A DNA stretch of 64,000 nt from an uncultured Chloroflexia bacterium (GTDB taxonomy: Bacteria; Chloroflexota; Limnocylindria; Limnocylindrales; CSP1-4): the NCBI GenBank assembly GCA_963716815.1, contig CAVQUM010000003.1, forward strand, positions 261,320-325,319, given 5' to 3'. Position numbers and translations under genes: made by a program. The notes under the pieces are model-generated. The model saw nothing but the letters and a program-made list of their open reading frames with translations, was not told the origin of the DNA and made no database searches. Shown here piece after piece: positions 34,323-42,919 of the stretch. The first letter of the stretch is position 1, and each line of letters begins with the position of its first letter.

Positions 34323-34344
34323 CCCTCCGAGAGGACTCGGAGGG
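34323..34344. terminator. Hairpin between tRNA-Pro and the convergent - strand operon
   Basis: Perfect 9-bp stem ccctccgag / ctcggaggg with loop agga, followed by tctgtcgtt. Confidence 0.5.
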
Positions 34345-34359
34345 TCTGTCGTTACCCGG

Positions 34360-34381
34360 TGTGTGGGCAGATGTGTGGGCA
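34360..34381. repeat. Two copies of tgtgtgggca at 12-nt spacing
   Basis: ggTGTGTGGGCAgaTGTGTGGGCAac is read directly, about 55 nt downstream of tRNA-Pro. Confidence 0.6.
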
Positions 34382-34434
34382 ACTTCTCCTCGACGAGCCG
34401 GAAATCGGGCATCCACGGCAATACGACCGTGGGC

Positions 34435-34641
34435 CTAGTACTGCGGCAAGCGGCCCTTCTTGATCCGGAAGGCGATGCTGTACGGGATGCCCAGCAGGTA
34501 GCCACCGATGGCCACCACGATGGCCGCCTGGAGCGCCACGATCGTGGCTGCGACAATGACGGCGAACCCGATGACCGGGACGCCGACGACCACGAGGATG
34601 ACAATCCCCACCACGGCTGCGATTACCTCGCCGATGTCCAC
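34435..34641 (-). CDS. Small two-TM membrane protein (hypothetical)
   Basis: 68 aa, almost entirely hydrophobic ('IAAVVGIVILVVVGVPVIGFAVIVAATIVALQAAIVVAIGGYLLG'). Its start lies 2 nt after the upstream stop. Confidence 0.5.
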   Translation of the reverse strand: MDIGEVIAAVVGIVILVVVGVPVIGFAVIVAATIVALQAAIVVAIGGYLLGIPYSIAFRIKKGRLPQY

Positions 34642-34643
34642 GC

Positions 34644-35003
34644 TCAGGACTCGCTCTTTGTGCGGGCATAGCGGGCACGCCTCTTGGCCAGCACCTCGTC
34701 GTGCCAGCGCTTGTCCTTTGGAGATACCTCCAAGCCGAAGGCCAGTCGGTACGAGATGCCCGACCAGCGGCGCTCCTCGGCCAGAGCGATGTAGTCGTAC
34801 TTCTCACGGTGCTCCAGGACCATCCTGCTCATGGCCTGTGACTCGGCAATGCGGGCACGCTCGTCGTCACGGCGCTCGCGCTCAGCCTGCACGTTGAGGG
34901 CGTACTCGGTCGGGCCGCAGTTGCTGCACAGGCAGTCGTCGCTGTGCGGGTTGCCGATGGGGTCCCAGACTCCGTAGGTGTCGATGTCGCAGTCGTCGCT
35001 CAT
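34644..35003 (-). CDS. Hypothetical Cys-rich / charged protein
   Basis: The start is taken at 'MSDDCDIDTYGVWDPIGNPHSDDCLCSNCGP...', followed by a highly charged helix. I did not recognise a family. Confidence 0.4.
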   Translation of the reverse strand: MSDDCDIDTYGVWDPIGNPHSDDCLCSNCGPTEYALNVQAERERRDDERARIAESQAMSRMVLEHREKYDYIALAEERRWSGISYRLAFGLEVSPKDKRWHDEVLAKRRARYARTKSES

Positions 35004-35628
35004 CCGTTCATGATCGCCCGCGAGCGTGACACCTGTGTGGCACGGGTAGAGCCCGTAGGCGATACGCGATGCCCGGCCCGGCAGCCGACCTGCGATCGCC
35101 TGGCGCACCGCCAGATAGCACCCACACCCGCCTCGTCGGGACATCGGCGCGGCGTGCCCTGAGTTTCCGCCCTACCCCCTCCCACCCCCTGGCGTTTCTG
35201 GCGTTGTCTGGGGGCGGGGGATGCGGGTCCCATCCCAGTGGCTACGATTGGTCGTACCGGCGAGTGGGGCTACCTGCTGTCGAGGAGTTCTGCGGGCAGA
35301 ACGATGGTGGTGTGGCACGAGAACGACGACCCGGCGGTCCTGACGGTACCTCCGAACTGGTTCTCGAACCTGGTGCAGACATCGCCCCTGAGGGTGACTG
35401 TCAGTGGCATCGTATTGGCAGGCTGGGTGATGCGCACGAGCTGCAGTCCCGAACTCGTCTACCCGAGTACGTTCTGTCTCCAGCATCTGTTTGCCCGCGA
35501 CCACGCCGACCCTGCGCCGATGGCGACCCCCCACTGAAAGAGCGATGGCTGTGCCCGCAATCCTTGCCCGGTCGTCCATTCCATATCCCTTCAATCGCTG
35601 CCAGTCGTCGTCCCGTCGCCCGGACGAC

Positions 35629-36136
35629 CTACCGGTATCCGGCCTTGCGCATGCGGCGCTGTCGTTCCTGCTCGATGCGCCGCTGACCCTCCAGCGTGCC
35701 GTAGTTGTCACGCAGGAACTGCTTGTATGCGGGGTCCTTGAGGAGTTCGTCGCAATACTCGGACGGGGTTCTGCTTCGCGTGCATGTTGCGGACCATCGC
35801 CTGCACGAGGTCTTGGTTGTTCTTGTAGCCGTGCTTGGTCAGCGTCGGCTGCAACTGCTCATCGAGGAAGGCTTCACGCGCCTGCGGCGAATCCGGGTCC
35901 ATTCCGGTGCGAGCGGTGAACGAGGCGTACTTCCGCTCGATGTCATCCTGCTCGCGCTGTCGCTTCGACTCTTCGGCGAGGATGCTGGGCATCGCTGCGC
36001 TGAGGTTCCGCGAGGCGAGGTCCATGTCGGCCTTGCGTGCGTGGCGGTCGTTGACTCGCTGCTGCCCAGCTGGGCTGTGCGAGTAGAGAATGAAGGCGCC
36101 AGGAAGCACACCTCCGATGACCGAGACGATTTCCAT
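35629..36136 (-). CDS. Hypothetical protein, N-terminal TM plus charged helical region
   Basis: Begins 'MEIVSVIGGVLPGAFILYS...'. After a frame break near 35745 it continues '...SEYCDELLKDPAYKQFLRDNYGTLEGQRRIEQERQRRMRKAGYR*'. Confidence 0.4.
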
Positions 36137-36451
36137 GCGTTGACTCCCGGTGTTCGTGGCGTGGCGCGATGCGCCGACGGATGCTGCAGTCACGCCGCAA
36201 CCGAATGGTCGCTGCCTTCCCGGCGCAGGTCACCTGCACACGCCGGCACGCCGGCACATCGACACGCCCGTCGTTGCCGCAGGCAAGCAGAAACGGACGT
36301 TCGAGGGTGTGGGCACCCGCGCTGGGCGACCTCGTCAGAACGCCGTACGCCCCGCCGTGGCCGTGGGCGGTCAGTCCCCTGCCGTGGGGCTATCGCCGCT
36401 CTCCGTGCGTCGTGGGCAGGCTGGGGAATCGTGAGGGCGTGGCAAGGAAGA

Positions 36452-36476
36452 GGCCCGCCCCTCAGCGGGACGGGCC
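36452..36476 (-). terminator. Hairpin downstream of the 36504..37034 gene
   Basis: ggcccgccc / gggacgggcc (one bulge) with loop ctcagc. On the - strand it is followed by ctcttcctt. Confidence 0.4.
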
Positions 36477-36503
36477 GCAGGCGGCCGAGGCGGCGCGATG
36501 GGG

Positions 36504-37034
36504 TTACTCGGCGGGCGGCTCGACCGGGTCAGGCATGGGAGGTCGCTCACCTTCGAAGATCTGGCCCTCGCATCCTTCAGACGTGCATTGGAGGACGGCG
36601 ACGAGTCCTTCGTAGGCTCCCTCACCGAAGTAGGTGTCCCAGCCGACACCACGCCCGTCAACGTACTGCATCGTCATGGCACCCCCGGTCCAAGCGCCGA
36701 CGGAGTCCTCCATCCGCATCGCGGTCTGGCCCATGAGGCCCCGGCCGTCCCCTTCGCCCGCATAGGAGTTGAAGTTCATGATGCTCTGCTTCACCGCTGG
36801 GAGCCGCGGGTCGCTCCACTCGTAGGTCTCGGTGATGAGCATGCCCCGTCCGTAGTTGACACCACCCTCACTCGTGAACTCCATCTGCGAGTCGTCCCAG
36901 ACCGAGTCGATGACCGTGCCGGTGACAGGCGTGACAAGCACGGCTTCGTTGGCCTCGGACTGGGCCGCAGCGCCAAGACTGCCGGCCAACATCAGGCTGA
37001 CCGCTCCAACCGTGGCCAGTCGCAACGCACGCAT
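36504..37034 (-). CDS. Secreted hypothetical protein
   Basis: 176 aa. RBS aagggggа-like (aagggggac) lies upstream, with signal peptide 'MRALRLATVGAVSLMLAGSLGAAAQS'. The C-terminus is 'GEGAYEGLVAVLQCTSEGCEGQIFEGERPPMPDPVEPPAE'. Confidence 0.6.
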   Translation of the reverse strand: MRALRLATVGAVSLMLAGSLGAAAQSEANEAVLVTPVTGTVIDSVWDDSQMEFTSEGGVNYGRGMLITETYEWSDPRLPAVKQSIMNFNSYAGEGDGRGLMGQTAMRMEDSVGAWTGGAMTMQYVDGRGVGWDTYFGEGAYEGLVAVLQCTSEGCEGQIFEGERPPMPDPVEPPAE

Positions 37035-37221
37035 GCAGGTCCCCCTTCTTTCATGCGGGCCGGGTTCGCTAGTGGCTCAGCACGGTCCATAGCGGCCATG
37101 GTCACGGGGCCGTGCTTCGCAGCCTCCCGCTATCGATGATTCTCCCCCGGCTGGCAAGGATGGAGTAGCCTACATCGGCCACCGCCCGCCCTTCAAGTGG
37201 CATGGCCACCTATGCCGGCAG

Positions 37222-37491
37222 GTGGCGGTTCCACCCACTCAACGAGCCCATCCAGCTCGAAGCCGTCGCCATGGTCGTCACCACGAAGATGGCCGCTGGG
37301 TCGGGACGGGTCGAGGCATCTGGAGCCCAGAGGCCGAGTTCGGCGACCATCTCTGGCTCGTGATGGAGGGTGAGGGCGCCTATGAGGGCCTGACCGCGTA
37401 CCTCACAAACGATATCGCCCATGAGGAGTCCGTCTACCGAGGCTTCATCTGCGCCGACGAGTTGCCATCGTTCCCGGAGCCCGCCGAGTAA
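37222..37491 (+). CDS. C-terminal fragment paralogous to 36504..37034 (possible gene remnant)
   Basis: Shares 'GEGAYEGLTAYL' and a terminal '...PSFPEPAE*' with the neighbour. It has no signal peptide, and the N-terminal part of the ORF is Arg/His junk. Confidence 0.3.
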   Translation: MAVPPTQRAHPARSRRHGRHHEDGRWVGTGRGIWSPEAEFGDHLWLVMEGEGAYEGLTAYLTNDIAHEESVYRGFICADELPSFPEPAE

Positions 37492-37724
37492 CCCTTCGCG
37501 CGACCTCGGCTGCCTGCGGCGCTGGCAGGGGTCCGTCCCGCGAGGGCGGGCCTCCTCCGATGTCTCCGGCTGCCTGAGCCGCGGCACCGGTCGCATCGGG
37601 CTCATGTTCTGGTCGTTGGCTGGAATCTCGTGCCGGTGTGCAGTGCCATCCAGTCAGCACGGGCGCCCATCAGGCGTCCCCGCGATCCATCCCGCCGGGC
37701 CGCCCGGGGTAGCGGGAGGGACCC

Positions 37725-38567
37725 ATGCACGTCTTCTACGTCAAGCGCCTGATGGCAGCGCTCGGCACGGCCGCTCTGGTGGCCAGCGCGATCACGGCCT
37801 CCGCGGCACCGGCTGCGGCCGCGCCCGCCTGTACCTTCACCTTCGACCCTGCCGGTGAGGTGTATCTGCACGGCGTGGTCAAGGCCGGCGATGCGCTCTG
37901 CAGCGGTCCCGGCGACGACTTCGTGATGCAGATGGACGGTGGCGTCTTCATCGGCGGCCGCAGCGACGACGGGGTCGGCTACAGATACGGCGGCCGCTTC
38001 TACGGCAACCTCGGCCATGACAGCATCGGCATCCAATACGGCGGCAAGTTCATCGGCGGCTTCGGGGCTGATCTCGTCCAGGGCCTTGACGGCGGCACCT
38101 TCGAGGGTGGCCCTGGCAACGACCGGATCAATGTGGTCGAGGGCGGCGCCATCTTCGAGGGTGAACTCGGTCAGGACCGCGCCGACTACGTCGCTGTCGG
38201 TGGCCTGTTCCGCGGCGGTCCCGGCGCCGACAGCGTTCGACATTGGATCAAGGGCGTCTTCCGCGGCGGTCCTGGCGCCGACAGCGCGTATGCCGTCCAG
38301 ACGGCAAGCGTATTCTACGGCGGCCTGGGGCAGGACTCGGCCAAGGACGTCTACGGCCGTTTCCTCGGCGGGGCGGCCCCTGACACGGTCGCGACCATGT
38401 CTCCCGGCTCGAAGTTCGTCGACGCCCGCGGCAACGACGCGGTGACCAGCGCCATGTTCGGGGCTACCTTCCACGGTAGCGCCGGCACGGACTCGGCCAA
38501 GGTCTGCCCCGGCCGCGGCAACACGCGCACCGGCGTGGAGGTCGAGACGCCGATCGTCTGCGCCTGA
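37725..38567 (+). CDS. Secreted repeat protein with about 11 tandem 17-18-aa F-x-G-G-x-G-x-D units (beta-roll / RTX-like)
   Basis: RBS gggaggga and signal peptide 'LMAALGTAALVASAITASAAPAAAAP'. Repeats read directly include 'FIGGFGADLVQGLDGGT', 'FEGGPGNDRINVVEGGAI', 'FRGGPGADSVRHWIKGV', 'FRGGPGADSAYAVQTASV' and 'FYGGLGQDSAKDVYGR'. Confidence 0.7.
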   Translation: MHVFYVKRLMAALGTAALVASAITASAAPAAAAPACTFTFDPAGEVYLHGVVKAGDALCSGPGDDFVMQMDGGVFIGGRSDDGVGYRYGGRFYGNLGHDSIGIQYGGKFIGGFGADLVQGLDGGTFEGGPGNDRINVVEGGAIFEGELGQDRADYVAVGGLFRGGPGADSVRHWIKGVFRGGPGADSAYAVQTASVFYGGLGQDSAKDVYGRFLGGAAPDTVATMSPGSKFVDARGNDAVTSAMFGATFHGSAGTDSAKVCPGRGNTRTGVEVETPIVCA

Positions 38568-38611
38568 CCCGAGCCATCCCCAGCACACTGCGTGGCGGTG
38601 ATCGCGAACAC

Positions 38612-38646
38612 GACCAAGACCCTCCTCTCCCGGGAGGGTCTTGGTC
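38612..38646. terminator. Bidirectional terminator-like hairpin between convergent genes
   Basis: Perfect 14-bp stem gaccaagaccctcc / ggagggtcttggtc with a 7-nt loop. Confidence 0.55.
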
Positions 38647-38671
38647 GATCGGGTTTGCGTCGTGGGTGCCG

Positions 38672-38872
38672 CTAGGCGACCTGACGAGCGGAACCCACCG
38701 TTTGGCGCCGTTCTGCGAAGGCTGGGTGGCCGCCAGAAGTCGCGCAACCCTCGGCCCAGGCGTGCGTGCCGTTGCACAGATAGCACCAGGCCGTCGCAGG
38801 TGCCGGCCAGCCGGCCCTGCGCTCCTTCTGCCCGATGGTCCGTCCGTGTTTGCCTGTACCGTTCTTGGCCAT
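38672..38872 (-). CDS. Small hypothetical protein (66 aa) with a C-x2-C...C motif
   Basis: Strong RBS ccGAAGGAGcgcctcATG. The protein is 'MAKNGTGKHGRTIGQKERRAGWPAPATAWCYLCNGTHAWAEGC...'. Confidence 0.45.
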   Translation of the reverse strand: MAKNGTGKHGRTIGQKERRAGWPAPATAWCYLCNGTHAWAEGCATSGGHPAFAERRQTVGSARQVA

Positions 38873-39042
38873 GAGGCGCTCCTTCGGTCGATGACTCGCT
38901 CAGCGTCACCCCGTGCGGGGGGCGTCGTTCGAGAACGATGGTCGCGACCAGGGGCCTCCGGGTCACGGGCGCGTGTCGGCAGACTCGACCGTGCCGGATT
39001 GCAGACAGGCTGCAAGATCATCGCGGCTGTCACATCGTCGGA

Positions 39043-39666
39043 CTACCCGGCCTTGGCACAGGCCTCGGCTGCGGCGTCCAGGTCCACGTCGGTGAGGTTC
39101 CCGACGCCGGCCCACAGCTGGCGTACGGCCTTGCGCATCGGTGCCGGCTCGAGCGTGCGGATGGAACGTCGCACGGCCTTGGCGCCCTGGCGCACCTGGA
39201 TCACGCCCTTCCGCCACTGCTTGTGGACGTCCCTGTAGCACGCCTGCGGCGGATGGTCATCGAGCCACTTGCGCTGCTGCTTCGCCCACGCCGCGACGCT
39301 CACGGCCGCGGCGTCGAGTTTCGTGAGCGAATCGACTCCCTCGTGGTGCTCAGCGAGGGCCCTGAGCTCGATGGCTGCACCTGCGCCGCGTGCCACGAAG
39401 CGCATATAGGAGGTGCCCTTGGGCCTGACTGGACTTGGAGGTTCTGCCGGGGCGCAGATCTGGGGCTCGAGTACCACGACCTGCACGTCCCCGTCGATGA
39501 GGAGCTGCCCCAATTCGGCCGGCGCGAGACCAGCCAGCGACACCTCGCTGGTCAGGCGCACGCACGTGTCCACCGTATCGGCACCGGCATCGTCCTGTGC
39601 CAGCGTGGGTACGGCGAACCCGTGGACCATCAGGGCGATGGACAGGGAAAGGGCGATGGCCTTCAC
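39043..39666 (-). CDS. Secreted hypothetical protein
   Basis: 207 aa with signal peptide 'MKAIALSLSIALMVHGFAVPTLAQ'. I did not recognise a family. Confidence 0.55.
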   Translation of the reverse strand: MKAIALSLSIALMVHGFAVPTLAQDDAGADTVDTCVRLTSEVSLAGLAPAELGQLLIDGDVQVVVLEPQICAPAEPPSPVRPKGTSYMRFVARGAGAAIELRALAEHHEGVDSLTKLDAAAVSVAAWAKQQRKWLDDHPPQACYRDVHKQWRKGVIQVRQGAKAVRRSIRTLEPAPMRKAVRQLWAGVGNLTDVDLDAAAEACAKAG

Positions 39667-39749
39667 GAGGTGCTCCTACAGCGGGTCGAGGACTCCATGA
39701 TGCAGCGGGCGGCCGCGGCCGGAAAGGCCCCGCACGGGACCCGACCGAG

Positions 39750-40175
39750 CTAGGGCACGCGATAGCCGCAGACGAAGCACTCGAACGCCGATGGACGGCG
39801 CCGATGGCGCGCGAGCAGGAGCAGGGCCACGCCCGCGATGAAGAGCGCCATGGAGAGCGCGGACGCGTCGGCCACGTACAGGCCGGCATCACCGAAGAGC
39901 ACGACGAGCACCAGACCGGCGATGCCGATGATGAGTGCGACGAAACCGATGATCATGGTGGCGTCGGCATCGATCCGCACAGCCTGCATACGGTAGCCGC
40001 CGCAGTTGGGGCACTGCACGCCGGCGGGGTCACGGCGCCGTTCGAAGGCTTCGACCGCGGCCTCCCGACGGTGCCGCATCGAACCAGCACCGGCGGCGCC
40101 ACCGAGCGGCGTGCCGCAGCGCACGCAGAACGTGGCCTCCGCGGCGAGCTCGGCACCACAACGACTGCAGAGCAT
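39750..40175 (-). CDS. Zinc-ribbon membrane protein (hypothetical)
   Basis: The start is taken at 'MLCSRCGAELAAEATFCVRCG'. A second 'CPNCGG' and a terminal 'CFVCG' flank two TM segments. Confidence 0.55.
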   Translation of the reverse strand: MLCSRCGAELAAEATFCVRCGTPLGGAAGAGSMRHRREAAVEAFERRRDPAGVQCPNCGGYRMQAVRIDADATMIIGFVALIIGIAGLVLVVLFGDAGLYVADASALSMALFIAGVALLLLARHRRRPSAFECFVCGYRVP

Positions 40176-40347
40176 GGACCAGACCTCCCGCCACAAGGGT
40201 AGGGCAGGCGCAGCCGGGCTGTCGCGTGCCCAACGGCCAGTTCGCGCAGGCGGGAGTACCATCGCTTCGCTGTGCCCGAGCCCGAGAACGACTCCATCGC
40301 TGCGCGCCCCGGCCTCGACGAAGCCCAGCAGCCGGGCCGTCGGCGAC

Positions 40348-41799
40348 ATGCCACCCGCCGAGCTGCGGGCTGCGCTCCACCAAGCCGCCGACCTGGTGGC
40401 CGACTACCTCGAGGGCATCGAGGACTACGCGGTCCTGCCGCCAGTCCGGCCGGGCGAGCTCACCGAGCGCCTCGACGGACCGCCACCCGAAGACCCCGAG
40501 CCGCTGGCCCAGATCATGCGTGACCTCGCGACCGAGGTCGTGCCCAACGTGACCCACTGGCAGAGCCCCAACAACCTGGCCTACTTCAGCTCGAACGCCT
40601 CGGGCATCGGCATCGCGGGTGAGCTGGTCAGCGCCGGGCTCAACGCCAACGCCTTCATCTGGCGTGTCTCGCCGGTCGGCGCCGAGCTCGAGGGCATCAC
40701 CGTCGACTGGCTGCGGCAGGGACTCGGCCTGCCCGACGCATTCGACGGCGTCTTCAACGACACCGCTTCGATCAGCACCCTCTCGGGCCTCGCCTGCGCT
40801 CGTCAGCAGGCCACCGGCGACGCCTCGCAGGCCGGGCTGGGCGCTACTCCACCGCTGCGCTTCTACAGCAGCGGCCAGGCCCACTCCTCGGTCGAACGAG
40901 CGGCCATGATCCTGGGGGTCGGCCGGGAAGGCGTGCGCGCGATCGCTGTCGACGACGAGCTGGCCATGCGCCCCGCAGCGCTGCGCACCGCCATCGCCGA
41001 GGATCGCGCGGCCGGCTCGATCCCGGCGGGCATCGTCGCCACCATCGGCACCACCTCCACCACGGCCGTGGACCCCGTGGACGAGATCGCCGATGTGGCC
41101 CAGGAGCAGGACCTGTGGCTGCACGTCGACGCGGCCTACGCCGGGCCCAGCGCGCTGATCCCCGAGATGCGCCGCTACTTCGCCGGCTGGGAACGGGCCG
41201 ACTCCATCGTGGTCAACCCGCACAAGTGGATGTTCACGCCCTTCGACTGCTCGCTGCTGCTGACGCGCAGGATGGAGACGCTGCGAGACGCGCTCAGCCT
41301 CGTGCCCGAGTACCTGCGCGCGTACGATGGCAAGGACACGGGCCGCGACTACAGTGAGTACGTGCCCCAGCTGGGACGCAAGGCCCGCGGCATCAAGATG
41401 TGGATGCAGCTGCGCTACTTCGGCCTCGCGGGCATCCGCGAGCGCCTCCGGCAGCACATCGCGCTGGCGCAGGAACTGGCCGGCTGGATCGAGGCGGATC
41501 CCGATGCCGAGCTGCTCTTTCCCGTGCCCTTCGGCACCGTCTGCTTCCGGCTTCGTCCGCGCCGCTTCGAGGGCAGGGAAGGGGAGCCGGTGGTAGCCGA
41601 GGCCCTCGACGCGCTCAACGAGGCGGTCATGAACCGGCTCAACGACTCGGGCCAGATCTTCCTCTCGCACACCAGGATCGAGGGCGTCTTCGTGCTGCGC
41701 CTGGTGGTCGGCAACCTCCGCCAGGAGCGGCGCCACGTCGAGCGAGCCTGGCGCTTGCTGCGAGAAGCCGCCCGTGAGCTGGATGATACGAGCGCGTGA
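40348..41799 (+). CDS. PLP-dependent group II decarboxylase (aromatic-L-amino-acid / tyrosine decarboxylase-like)
   Basis: Contains 'THWQSPNNLAYF', 'LWLHVDAAYAG' and 'SIVVNPHKWMFTPFDCS' (PLP lysine). Confidence 0.82.
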   Translation: MPPAELRAALHQAADLVADYLEGIEDYAVLPPVRPGELTERLDGPPPEDPEPLAQIMRDLATEVVPNVTHWQSPNNLAYFSSNASGIGIAGELVSAGLNANAFIWRVSPVGAELEGITVDWLRQGLGLPDAFDGVFNDTASISTLSGLACARQQATGDASQAGLGATPPLRFYSSGQAHSSVERAAMILGVGREGVRAIAVDDELAMRPAALRTAIAEDRAAGSIPAGIVATIGTTSTTAVDPVDEIADVAQEQDLWLHVDAAYAGPSALIPEMRRYFAGWERADSIVVNPHKWMFTPFDCSLLLTRRMETLRDALSLVPEYLRAYDGKDTGRDYSEYVPQLGRKARGIKMWMQLRYFGLAGIRERLRQHIALAQELAGWIEADPDAELLFPVPFGTVCFRLRPRRFEGREGEPVVAEALDALNEAVMNRLNDSGQIFLSHTRIEGVFVLRLVVGNLRQERRHVERAWRLLREAARELDDTSA

Positions 41800-42869
41800 C
41801 CCGCACCGGCGCGATCCGGGCGGGGATGGCAGCCGCGGCGCTGCTCCTGGCCCTCGCGGCGCTGGCCGCTCCCGGGCTTGCACCCTCGGCCTCTGCCCAG
41901 GGCGTCGGAGGCGGGACCTGGACGCCGAGCGGATCGGAAACGACCGTCGAGCGTAGCCGCTTCCTGCTGCCTGGTGATGCCGTCGAGTTCCACACCGTCG
42001 CCACCTGGGACCCGGACCAGTCGCGCGGCCTGTCCGGCTACATCGCCGGCGGCCTGCGCTACACCCACGAGGTCAACGATCGCTCCGGCCGGCTCAACGC
42101 CACCGGCTTCTGGGCCACCAACCATCCCGACCCCGCCTACGATCGGGACGACGACGACGGCGACCGCCGCTGGGAGGAGGCCGAGATCATCGCCGGACCG
42201 TACGCCCCCGAACCGGATACGAGCTACACCACCGTACTCCAGTTCTCGCGCTGGCACCCCAAGCGCGTGAAGGGTGTCTGCACGTGGGCCTGGGACCGCC
42301 GCAAGGGGTCCGCCGAGGTCCTCTCCCAGCTGTCACGGGACCTCTTCGGCGAGTGGCAGGCGGAGCGCTACACGCTGGCCTATGAGACGCTCGACTACGA
42401 GCGCGTGGGCACCGCACCGGAGCTGCCGGCCGCTACCGCCCTCGCTCGCTGTCGCGACGCCGATCCCGGTGCCAACCAGCACGGCTTCGTGGTCACCTTC
42501 GCCCGGCCCCTGGGCTGGGGTGAGCTGCGCGATCTCATCACCGTGGGCAACGCCAAGTGGACCGCCTTCGAAGCCGTGGGCTCGGCTGAGGACGATACGC
42601 TGACGTGGACCTGTGGTGGACCTTGGGACGACGAGCTGCGCCTGGGTCCGTGCAAGACCCTGGGCGTGCGTGTCGACGGCATCAGCGCCGCGGTCGGCTA
42701 CCTCGACGACCACGCCGTCGGCCAGCTGCGCGAGCACGCGGACGTGGCCGCGGTCGATGGCCTGCGCGACTCGCTCACGGGGCTGCTCTTCGACGTCGGT
42801 GGCTTCGGGGTCGAGCGACCGGGCCTCACCATCAACGACCGCTACTGGCAGCTGGTCCTGACCGACTGA
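41796..42869 (+). CDS. Secreted hypothetical protein
   Basis: 357 aa, intact, with signal peptide 'AAAALLLALAALAAPGLAPSASAQ'. It overlaps the decarboxylase stop by 4 nt. I did not recognise a family. Confidence 0.55.
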   Translation: MTRTGAIRAGMAAAALLLALAALAAPGLAPSASAQGVGGGTWTPSGSETTVERSRFLLPGDAVEFHTVATWDPDQSRGLSGYIAGGLRYTHEVNDRSGRLNATGFWATNHPDPAYDRDDDDGDRRWEEAEIIAGPYAPEPDTSYTTVLQFSRWHPKRVKGVCTWAWDRRKGSAEVLSQLSRDLFGEWQAERYTLAYETLDYERVGTAPELPAATALARCRDADPGANQHGFVVTFARPLGWGELRDLITVGNAKWTAFEAVGSAEDDTLTWTCGGPWDDELRLGPCKTLGVRVDGISAAVGYLDDHAVGQLREHADVAAVDGLRDSLTGLLFDVGGFGVERPGLTINDRYWQLVLTD

Positions 42870-42919
42870 CGCTTCCGTGGGAACATGTGTTCCCACACTG
42901 CATGAACGAAGGAGAAGAC

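Noticed and set aside
34226-40400. An att-type duplicate of the tRNA-Pro 3' end that would delimit an island
   Set aside because: I could not find a second copy of ggttcgaatccagtcgccccg or its last 12-15 nt in the following 6 kb. The block is therefore reported only as accessory-like.
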